Positions 49,190-59,802 of a DNA stretch of 59,802 nt are shown piece after piece; position 1 is the stretch's first letter; the number at the start of each line of letters is the position of its first letter. This stretch comes from Chiloscyllium plagiosum (taxonomy: Eukaryota), in contig NC_057718.1 of assembly GCF_004010195.1 (NCBI RefSeq), positions 11,730,387 to 11,790,188 of the forward strand. The letters are read 5' to 3'. The notes under the pieces were generated by a model that was not told the origin of the DNA, did no database searches, and was given only the letters and a program-made list of their open reading frames with translations. The position numbers and the translations under genes were made by a program.

Positions 49190-52100
49190 CCCTCATACTT
49201 CCAAACTCCATCGAATACAATCCCAGAGTCCTCAACTGCTATTTTTATAACAAGCCTTCAGCCTGCGATCATTCCTGTAATCCTAATCTGGACTCCTTCC
49301 AACGCAAGCACATCCTTACATAGACGCACAGCTGGAAACTGCTCACAATATTCCAAATGCTGTCTGACCTGAGCTGAAACAGCCTCACCTTGCAGATCTG
49401 ATCTTGTATTACTGCCGCCTTGAAATTGCTGTTAAAATAGCAATTGCATTCCTATCTACCAACTGAAACTGCATGCTAACCTTAAGAGAATTCCTGAACA
49501 AGGACTCCCAAAGTCCCTGTGCACTTCAGATTTCTGAAGCCTTTCTCAATTTACATGATGGTTTATGTCTGTATTCTTCTGACAAAATCCATAACCTCAC
49601 ACTTTCCGACACTGTGTTCTATCTGCCACTTCTTTGTCCACTTTACTACCCTGTCGAAGTCCTGCTGCAGCCTCCCAACTTCCTCAGCACTACCTGCCCG
49701 TCGATCGACTTTTGTGCCATCTGCAAACGTGGCAGCACGTTTTTTTCTCCAGATTGTTAATGCACAACATGAATAGTTGTGGTCACAACACAGACGCCAT
49801 GGAACTCATCAGGTTACCACCTGCCATCCTACAAAAGACCCCTTTATCCTGACTCTCTGCCTTCTGCCAGGCTCGACCTTACCACTAACACCATTGTCTA
49901 ATCTTATTTCGCAGTCTGCTATGCAGTGCCTTGACAAAGGCCTTCTGGAAATACAAATAGATCATGTCCACTGGCCCTCCTTTGTCTAACTTGCTTGTTG
50001 CATTCACAAAGAAATCTAACAGATTTGTCAGACATGGCCTTCCCTTGATGCAGTCATGCTGACTCTGCCCTATTTTACTATGTGTTGCCAAGTACTCTGT
50101 CATCTCATTCTTAATAAGGGACTTCACAGTCTTCCCAAGAACCGAGGTTAGCATCCCCTGTCTAAAGTTCCCTGCCTTTGCCTCCCTCCATCTGAAACAA
50201 GGGGTGTTGCATTTGCAATTTTCCAGTCATCTAGGACCCACCCTGACTCCATTGATTTCTGAAAAAACACCATCTCTACGGCCTCCTCATTTATCTCCTT
50301 CAGAAATCTGGCGAGTGGTCCATCCAGTCTCGGTGATGTATCTAACTTTAGACCTTTCAGCTTCCCCAGCACCTTTTCCTCAGTGTCGGCCAGTGCCCTC
50401 ACCACAGCCTGATGTCTCTCTTGATGTTCTGATGCGCTGCTGAAGTATTTCAATGTGAAAGCTGATGCAAAGTACATATTAAGTTCCTCCTCCATTTCTT
50501 TGTTCATCATTACTACTTCTGCAGCCGCATTTTCCTGCAGTCCAACCTCCACTCTAGCCTATCTGTAAGCTATTAGATATTAAAAAAAACTGTTGAGTTC
50601 TTTTTTATTTCGAGCTAGCCGACACTAACGTTTCGTCTTATACCCTCTTATTGCTTTGTCAGTTTTCATCTGCTGTTTTTAAAGCCTTCAGAATCCTCTG
50701 GCTCCCACTAATCTTCACCACACTGTGGTGAATGATATACCTATCGATGAAGGTATTAAAAGGAATATTAGTAAATTTGCTGATGGCACAAAACTGGGTG
50801 GCCGAGTGAAATGCGAGGAGAATGTTAGGAGAATACAGGGTGACTTGGCTAGGCTAGTTGAGTGGACGGATGCAGTTTATTGTGGATAAATGTGTGGTTA
50901 TCCACTTTGGTGGCAAGAACAGGAAGGCAGATTACTACCTAAATGGAGTCAAGTTAGGTAAAGGGGCAGTAAAACGAGATCAAGGTGTTCTTGTACATCA
51001 GTCAATGAAAGCAAGCATGCAGGTACAGCAGGCAGCGAAGAAAGCAAGTAGAATGCTGGCCTTCATAACAGGAGGAATTGAGTATAGAAGCAAAGAGGCC
51101 CTTCTGCAGCTGGACAGGGCCCTGGTGAGACTGCACCTGGAGTATTGTGCGCAGATTTGGTCGCCAAATTTGAGGAAAGGCATTCTGGCTATTGAAGGAG
51201 TGCAGCAAAGTTTCACGCGGTCAATTTCTGGAATGTCGGGACCATCTTACGCTGAAAGATTGGAGCGACTGGGCTTGTAATCGCTTGAGTTTAGAAGGCT
51301 GAGGGGGGATCTGATTAAGACACATAAGATTATTAAAGGATTGGACACTCTGGAGGCAGGAAGCATGTTTCCGCTGATGGGTGAGTCCCGAACCAGAGAA
51401 CACAGTTTAAAAATAAGGGGTAGGCAAATTAGAACAGAGTTGAGGAGAAACTACTTCACCCAGAGAGTGGTGGGTGTATGGAATGCTCTTTCCCAGAAGG
51501 CTGTGGAGGCCAAGTCTCTAGATACTTTCAAGAAAAAGTTGGATCGAGCTCTTAAGGATAGTGGAATCAAGGATTATGGGGATAAGGTATGAACAGGATA
51601 GTGATTGAGGATGACCAGCGATGATCACAATGAAGGTGGTGCTGGCTTGAAGGCCAGAATGGCCTACTCCTGCACATATTGTCTATTGTATGCTTTTCCT
51701 TTTGCTTTTCTGCTCTTCCTGACCTTCCTTGGCAGCCATGGTTGCCTCATCCTCCCCTTAGTATGTTTCTTCTTCCTTTGGATGCATTTCTGCCGTGTCT
51801 CCCGAATTATACCAGAAACTACTGTCATTGCTGCCATTGTCTTCCTCGCTGGTGTCCCGCCTTCTAATCAACTCTAGCCAGCTTCACCAAGGTGTCGTTG
51901 ATGTAACATTTTCTCAACTTTAATACTTGCCGATCTGATTCAATTTTCTCCCTCTCGAACTGCAGGGAGAACTCTGTTATATTATGATCACTGTCCCCGA
52001 GGGTTCCGTCACCTTGAGCCCCCTAATCAAAAATGCATTCTCACATACCAGTAGATCTAGAATTGCATATTTCTTCGTGAGTTCTACCCCAGTCTGCTCG

Positions 52101-53100
52101 AAAGAAATCTCAGAGACATTCCACATAATTATTTTATGGAGATCCATTGCCAAGTTGGCTTTCCCAGTTCAGGTGCATATTGAAACCCATCCCCCCAACC
52201 ATGGTTATTGCAATAGTGCCTTTCTAAGATGGCATCACTAACTCCTGATTTACTTTCTTCCCCACATCCTGATGACTGATAGGAGGTTTGTACACAAGTT
52301 CCATCGTTTTCCCTTTCCTGTGCTTCTGCCTGTCTTTCATACAACATGTCTCCTTGGGTATTTAGTTTCCAGCTCTGATCCCCTTGCAGCCATGTCTCTG
52401 TGACACCCAGAATAACATACCTGTCAATTTCAATCTGTGCTACAAGCTCATTTCCCTTGATTTATGTACTGGGTGTATTTAAATACAACACCATCAGTCC
52501 TGTCCCTTTCCTCATAGTTGTCCCTTATCTGCTTTGCCTGAAGTGAGATTCTTGATGCTTTCCATATTTTCTGTCCTGTTGTTTGTTGTGGAAACTTTAA
52601 CCTGTGCTGAGCCCTCCCTCTAGTTTAATATTTTCCGTGACACTCCATACAACTGAAACCAGTCCCGATTCTGGCAACAGAAAAAAAGTTACTCAATTAC
52701 AAATACATTTCTCTTTTCTGCCTCCTCTGCAACAGTGCTATAGTCAGTTTGCTCTCCTCCCCACAGCCTTCACTCTCGTCCACTCAGATGCCAAGAATCT
52801 CAAATTTGTTCGACAAGCTGAAGGGCTGAGGCTTCAGCACTACCCTCTGTTTCCCTCTAACTGCCTCACTTATGCTCTCACCCTTCTGTCTCTGAATATT
52901 GACCGAACTTTAGGTAGTTAATCTAAAGAGTGCGACTGCCTCCTGAAACAGAGTGTCAAGGTAAATCATTCCGCAATCCCTAATGTCTGGCAGTGTTCGG
53001 AGTTCAGGCTCCAGCTCATCAATCTGAGCCAGAGTTCGTCTAACAACGAACACTTGCTGTGGATATATTCACTATGGCCCACAATCAAGTCCACACACTG
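49190..53100 (-). mobile_element. Old CR1 LINE (ORF1 relic to RT), split by a forward CR1 at 50730-51689
   Basis: LTSVLGK...SQHDCIKGRPCLTNLLDFF...YLYFQKAF; DDWKIANATP. The sequence rejoins CACACTGT|ATGCTTTTCC, as in the paralog at 30690. Confidence 0.78.
50730..51689 (+). mobile_element. CR1 3' fragment of the same subfamily as the 5S-spacer LINE
   Basis: HFGGKNRKADY, KGAV.RD, DRALKDSGIK. Tail TATTGTCTATTG. Retains KFADG where the 5S-spacer copies have a deletion. Confidence 0.9.
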
Positions 53101-53200
53101 TTGTTACAACACTTCGCAAGCCCAGCAACTCTACTTTAATTTGTAACTTAAATTGAATTAAAAAAAAATGATACTTAGAAACATCCGNACATCCGCCATT

Positions 53201-53242
53201 GGTGGTGGGGGGGGGGGGGGGTGGGGGGGGGGGGTGGGGGGG
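53201..53242. repeat. Poly-G / G-rich run
   Basis: ~40 nt of almost pure G, next to a single-N junction (ACATCCG-N-ACATCCG). Confidence 0.85.
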
Positions 53243-54339
53243 AAATACTTGAGAATGCTCAAGAGGTCAGAATTAGGTGAGTAGAGATATCATGAGGGAT
53301 TGTGTTGCTGGCAGAGATTACAGCGATGGGAATGATCGCTATCATAGTGGGATTTGCAAACACGGATAGGAAATTGAAAACATATTTTCTCAAATTGCAG
53401 GCTTTTCAGGATAGTGAGCTCAGAGTGAGGAGATCAAGACTCAGTGTGTGGGAGCACACGGACAGCGGAGCGTTGGATGAGCTGACGATTACAGGGAGGT
53501 TGGAAGTGCGAGGCGGAGCAGGAGTGTGTTCATGTAATGAACACAGTGTCGAGGTTACGAAGGACTGGATCAGATTTTCAGCAAATCGAGCTGAGACTGT
53601 GCTGGAGGCAGACCATGTCTCTGAAATGGAAATGGAACATCAAAGTGAGATTAGTCTGTTTCAGACAGTTACCAGATTGAGCGTTACAGTTGGATTTAGA
53701 CAGTTTGTAACAAGGTCTGATGCCAGTAGCATTCAGTGAACAATGGGTCAGGAGTAGCCATTCAACTCAATTTAAACCCCTTCCCAAAGCCCGCATACTT
53801 CCACGGTTTGTCTATGGTGCAGGTGTGCTCATGTCTCTCCATATTGGATAATCTGTCCCTTACACAGGACACCAGTACAGTTTTTCGTATTTTAAATCAC
53901 GAAAGCATGAACATGAGAAAGAAATGTTTACAACACGAAAGGAGGTTTTGAAATAGAGGATAATTTGAAGCAGGTAATTTGTGTGAAAGACACTCCGAAA
54001 TAGTGATCACGAAAATTTACTGGATTGTCATAAAAACTCAACTAGTTAGGGAATGTCCTTCAGGGAAGGGGGCCACTCCCTGTCTGGGGACTCCACAAGA
54101 CTCAGCCCTCAATGGTAGGAAAGACAGTGAGAGGAATGGATATTTAAGGATATGTTTTTCTCCGTCTACATCAGAGGAATAACTCTGACAGACACTTCCT
54201 TCACCAGTGGTACATGGGGAACCAGAACCTATAAACTCCACTCCCAGACATTTACTGTTCTCTTGTGGATGCATGTCACTGTTTCTTGCTCACTGTTTTC
54301 TACCAATCCTGTTCTGGGTCTGTTAAGGGGCAAAGATGG

Positions 54340-56640
54340 CGTTTTAGGACATTGATGTTCTCTTCCTGTCAGATAATGGTATTAGCAAGATTCCCGTGTT
54401 ACTGATCATTATGTGCGCAGTGTGTGTGTTTGGTTTTGAATCCTACCACATCACATGGATCAGTTAGAACAGCAGTTAAGAGTAAGGAGAAATTTACAGG
54501 AGCGAGAGTTTGTGATGGATGGTATTTTAGGAATGGAGAAAAATCGCAGAAACAGTCCTGGGTTAATGCCAGGAAAGGTTGGAGATGGAGATCGGCAATG
54601 CAGGAATCTCCTGTCGCTATCCTCAACTCAAGCAAGTATGCTGTTTTGGAAAATGGAGAATGTGATGAACTCTCAGGGGAATAACGCACGAACAGCCAAG
54701 TTTCTGGTACCAAGAATGGCTTCAATGGAATGAGGGATATATCAGGTTTTAAGAGATCGTTTGTGACAGGGGACTCTAGATTTGATAGATAGGGTATTTA
54801 AACACGTGAGGTTTGGGAGGGGTGGTGGGCGGAGTGGGGTGGTGGGACACTAGGAGAAGAGGAAGGAAAGAAATGAGTCTGAGATGGTGCAATAAGGAAA
54901 TGAAGCAAGACAAACAGTCAGAGCAGACAGGAAGAAAGCAGAGAACAAGGTAGATTTACAAAATAAACTGTATATATTTTAATACAAGAGGCCGAGCAGG
55001 GAAGGAAGATGAACTCAAGGAATGGGTATGTACATGGGACTGGGATGTCATAGCAATTACAGAAACATGACTGGGGTATGGACAGGACTAGCAGCTTAAT
55101 GTTGCAGGGTATAGATGCTGTAGGAAGGATAGAAAGAGGAGCAAGAGATTTGACAGAGTGGCATTTTTGATAAGGCATAACATCAACGCTGTACTTAGCG
55201 AGCATATTCCTGGGAATAGGTACAGGGAGGTTATTGGAGTGGAATTGAGAAATAAGAAAGGGATGGTCACCTTATTGGGATCGTACAATAGGCTCCCCAG
55301 TCATCAGCAGGATATTGAGAAACACATTTGTAAGGTGATCCCAGTTATCTGTAAGAATAATAGGGTGGTTAAAGTAGGGAAATTTAACTTCCAAACATAG
55401 AGTGGGACTGCCGTAGTGTTCATGGTTTAGCTGGAGAGGAATTTGTTAAGTGTCTAAAGAAAATGTTCTGATGCAATATGTGGATATACGTACTAGAGAA
55501 TGTGCAAAACCTGACCTACTCTTGGGATTAAAGAGCAGGGCAGGGCAGTTAAGTTAGGTGTCAGCGTGGGAGCACTTTGGGGCCAGCGACCATAATTCCA
55601 TTAGTTTTAAAATAGCGATGGTAAAGGATAGACCACATCTAAAAGTCAAAGTTTGAGACTGGAGAAAGCTTATTTTTGACGGTATTAAGCATGAACTTTC
55701 AAAAGTTGATCAGGAGAGGATGCATGCAGGTAAAGGTATGTTTGGAGAATGGGAAGTCTTCAAAAATGAGATAACGAGAGTCCTGAGACAACGTGTTCCT
55801 GTTAGGGTGAAAGGCAAGGTTGGTATATGTAGGGATGCTGGATGACTAGAGAAATTGAGGCTTTGGTCAAGACAAAGAAAGAAGCATATGTCAGGTATGG
55901 ACAGGAGAGATCGAGTGAATCCTTACACTATAAAGGTAGCAGGATTAAAATTAAGATGGATTTCAGGAGGACAAAAAGGGGACATGAGACAGCTTTAGCA
56001 AATAGTGCTAATGAGAATCCAAACGTATTTTATAAAAAGTTAATGACAAAAGGGTAACTTGTCAGAGAATAGAGCACCTCAAAGATCAGCAAGGCAGCTG
56101 ATGTATGGAGCCGCATGAGATGGGGGAGATACTAAAGTAGTATTTTGCATCAGTGTTTACTGTAGAGAAGGACATGGAAGATACAGAATGTTGAGAAATA
56201 GATGAAAAATGTCCATATTACAAAGAAGGTGATGCTGGATGTCTTAAAGTCTGGCATGGTGGCTCAGTGGTTAGCACTGCTGCCTCACAGCGCCAGTGGC
56301 CCGGGTTTGATTCTAGCCTAGGGCAACTGACTGTGCGGGGTTTTCCCATTCGCCCCATGTCTACCTGGATCTCCTCCTGGTGCTCCCGTTTCCTCCCACA
56401 ATCCAAAGATGTACAGCTGAGGTGAATTGCTCGTGGGAAATTGCCCATAGTGCTCAGGAGTTGTGTGGATTAGATGCATTAGTCAGGCGTTACAGGTGAG
56501 GTGGTGGAAGACTGACGTTTGGCTAACATGGTGCCACTACTTAAGAAACGTGGCAAGGGAAAGTCAGAAGAGTGTAGATCAGTGAGCCAGACATCATTGA
56601 TGGATTATGAGGGAAGGATTAAAATGTATTTGGAAAGGTA
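54340..56640 (+). mobile_element. Degenerate HER1/CR1 ORF1-ORF2 (same subfamily as 11420-14830)
   Basis: SKYAVLENG; VIGVELRNKKGMVTLLG; MTREIEALVK. Confidence 0.82.
56253..56488 (+). mobile_element. HE1-type V-SINE, 3'-truncated
   Basis: GGTGGCTCAGTGGTTAGCACTGCTGCCTCACAGCGCCAG plus a degenerate V-domain. Confidence 0.82.
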
Positions 56641-56647
56641 AGAGCAA

Positions 56648-59460
56648 GCTGCTTTTGCTGACCAACATCGGGCACACCATGCCTCATCACTGACTGCTGC
56701 TGATCTACATCAAACACAACAGGCCTCACCGCTGACTGCTGCGGCTGATCTACATCAGGCACACCAGGCCTCACTACTGACTGCTGCTGCTGACCTACAT
56801 CGGGCGCACCAGATCTCACCACTGACCGCTGCTGACCGACAATGGGCCACCAGGCCTCACTGCTGACTGCTGCTGCTGACCTACATCAGGCACACTATGC
56901 CTCACCAATGACTGCTGCTGCTGAACTACATCGGACACATAAGGCATCACTGCTGATTGCTGCTGACCTGCATTGGCCACACCAGGTCTCACTGCTGACT
57001 GCATGTACTGAGCTATATCAGGCACACTACGCCTCACCACTGACTGCTACTGCTGACATACATCGGGCAAACCTGGCCCCACCGATGACTGCTGCTAACC
57101 TACATCTGTCACAACAGGTCTCACCACTGTCCGCTGCTGATCTACCTTGAGCATACCAGTTCTCATCGCTGACTTCCGCTGCTGACCAATATTGGGTAAA
57201 CTAAGCCTCACCGCTGGATCCTGCTGACCTACATTGTTCATGTCAGGTCTTCCTGTTGACTGCTGCTGTTGACCTATATTCGTCATAACAGGCCTCACCA
57301 CTGAGTGCTGCTGCTGTCCTATTTTGGGCATACCACACCTCACTTCTGACTGCTGACTGCTGAACTGCATCGGGCACACCAGGCCTCACTGATGAGTGCT
57401 GCAGCTAAATTACATTGGGCACACCAGGCCTCACCTTTGCCTGCTGCTGACCTAGTTTGGGCACAGAAGTCCACACTGCTGAATGCTGCTGACCTACATC
57501 GGTCACACCAAGCCTCCCTGCTGACTGCTGCTGACCTACCTTGGACACTTCAAGCCTCACCATTCAGTGCTGCTGCTGATCTCCTTCCAGCACACCAGCC
57601 CTCACCACTGTCTGTTGCTGCTGAACTACATCAGGCACAACAGTCCTCACCGCTGACTGCTGCTGACCAATATTGGGCACATCAGGTCTCCCTGCTGACT
57701 GCTGCTGACCTATCTTGGACACATAAGGCCTCACCACTCAGGGCTGCTGTTGATCTCCTTCCAGCACACCACACCTCGACACTGTCTGTTGCTGTTGACC
57801 GACATCGGGCAGAACAGTCCTCAAAACTGACTGCTGCTGACCAACATTGTGCACATCAGGTCTCCCTGCTGACTGCTGCTACTGACCTACATCAGGCACA
57901 CCAGACCTCATCGCTACCTGCTGTTGCTGTCCTATATCGGACACACCAGGCCTCATGACTGAATGCTGCTGCTGAAGTAGTTCGGGCACACACGGCCTCA
58001 CTGCTGAATGCTGCTCACCTCCATCAGGCACGCCAGACCTCACCACTGATAGCTGCTGATGACCTACATCGGTCACACCTAGCCTCACTGATGACTGCTG
58101 CTGCTAACCTACATCTGTCACAACAGGCCTCACACTGTCTGCTGCTGACCTACTTTGGGCATACCAGGCCTCAACGCTGACTGCTGCTGCTGATCTACAT
58201 CGGGCAATCCTGGACTCACTGCTTTCTGCTGCTGCTGACCAACTTCAGACACACTAGGATTTACCACTGAGTGCTGCTGCTGGCCACAATCGGGCACCAG
58301 GTCTCACTGCTGACCGCTGCTGCTGACCTACTTCGGGCACAACAGTCCACACCGCTGAGTACTGCTGACCTACATCGGTCACACCCGGCCTCCCTGTTGA
58401 CTGCAGCTGAGCAACTTTGGACTCACCAGGCCTCCATGCTGACTGCTGCTGACCTATCTTGGACACACCAGGCCTCACCACTCAGGGCTGCTGTTGATCT
58501 CCTTCCAGCACACCACACCTCGACACTGTCTGTTGCTGTTGACCGACATCAGGCACAACAGTCCTCAAAACTGACTGCTGCTGACCAACATTGTGCACAT
58601 CAGGTCTCCCTGCTGACTGCTGCTGACCTATCTTGGACACATAAGGCCTCACCACTCAGGGCTGCTGTTGATCTCCTTCCAGCACACCACACCTCGACAC
58701 TGTCTGTTGCTGTTGACCGACATCGGGCACAACAGTCCTCAAAACTGACTGCTGCTGACCACATTGTGCACATCAGGTCTCCCTGCTGACTGCTGCTACT
58801 GACCTACATCAGGCACACCAGGCCTCATCGCTGCCTGCTATTGCTGTCCTACATCGGGCACACTTGGCCTCATGACTGAATGCTGCTGCTGAAGTACTTC
58901 GCGCACACCCGGCCTCACTGCTGAATACTGCAGACCTACATCAGGCACCCCAGGACCCACCACTGAGAGCTGCTGCTGACCTACATTGGGTGCACCAGAC
59001 CTCACCGCTAACTGCTGCTGACCCACATCGCGCACACCAAGCCTCACTGTTGACTGCTGGTACAAACCTACATTGGGCACAGCAAGCCTCACTGCTAGTG
59101 ATGGTGCTGACTTACATCAGTCACAACAGGCCTCACCACTGACTGCTGCTGCTGCTCACCTACATCGGGCACACCAGCCCTCACCGCTGACTGTTGCAGA
59201 CCTATCATCGTGCACACCCGGCCTCGCCACTGACTGCTGATGACCGATATCGCTCACACCAGGCCTCACCTCTGACTGCTGCTGCTGCTGCTACTGACCT
59301 ACATCAGGCACACCAGGCCTCACCATTGATTGCTGCTCCTCACCTACATCAGGTACACCAGTCGTCAACGCTGATTGTTGCTGCGGACCTACATCGTGAT
59401 CACCAGGCCTCGGCACTAACTGCTGCTGACCCCCATCGGGCGCGACAGGCCTCGCTACTG
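56648..59460. repeat. Minisatellite, 42/45-bp unit (CACCAGGCCTCACCACTGACT(GCT)2-3GACCTACATCGGGCA), with higher-order repeats
   Basis: Roughly 60-65 degenerate units. A 174-bp tetramer recurs at 57680, ~58424 and 58598. Confidence 0.93.
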
Positions 59461-59802
59461 TAAAAATCGTTCACTGTCTCTACCAATGTTTGGTCCCACT
59501 CTGGGCCCGTTCTGCTGCCATGCTTCATTGCCATGTCAGCTGTCTCACGGCAGAATCCAGCTGTGGATATTGCTGAAGTCTTGTTGTTGCTGATTGTGAC
59601 CGGCTGCCTTGTGTCTGATTGCCAAAGTGCCCCAGCTACCGCTGTTGCCGCCTCTACGACCTAGCTTCAAAGACCAAAGCGCCAAAATAAAGTCAGGTTA
59701 AAGTGTCAAGACAAGACAGAAAAGTGATTGGAGCGAATGAGCTCTGGTGAGGAGATTACTCCACCACCAACTCGCATGGATGACTGTGCCCTGGATTAAG
59801 TG

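Noticed and set aside
53181..53242. Poly-G as a functional G-quadruplex
   Set aside because: It sits next to a single-N contig junction with a duplicated 7-mer, so it may be a sequencing or assembly artefact.
56648..59460. CRISPR-like array or Gln/Ala-rich protein gene
   Set aside because: No unique spacers or cas genes, and the context is vertebrate. Reading frames are broken by stops and shifts.

Overview
This is eukaryotic, repeat-dense genomic DNA, almost certainly from an elasmobranch (shark). The evidence is HE1-type V-SINEs, HER1/CR1-clade LINEs and a shark-like 5S rRNA variant. It comes from a gapped draft assembly with five N-runs. The window opens on the edge of a tandem 5S rDNA array with a ~1.6-kb unit. 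Each unit holds a minus-strand 5S gene and a ~1-kb CR1-LINE 3' fragment that has become part of the spacer. One 5S copy has a 10-nt deletion and the other a helix-III mismatch. The array appears to end by switching, inside the LINE, to a different dispersed LINE copy. The rest is nested CR1/HER1 LINEs (one young copy has a nearly intact ORF2), Rex1/Babar-like fragments, two SINE families and probable Harbinger relics. Several short Penelope-type terminal repeats carry minimal hammerhead-ribozyme motifs (CUGANGA...GAAA..UH); two of them are back-to-back inverted pairs. The window ends in a 42/45-bp minisatellite with higher-order structure. No host protein-coding gene is confidently identifiable, and nearly all listed ORFs are retroelement remnants or repeat artefacts. 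Family names come from motif recognition, not database searches.
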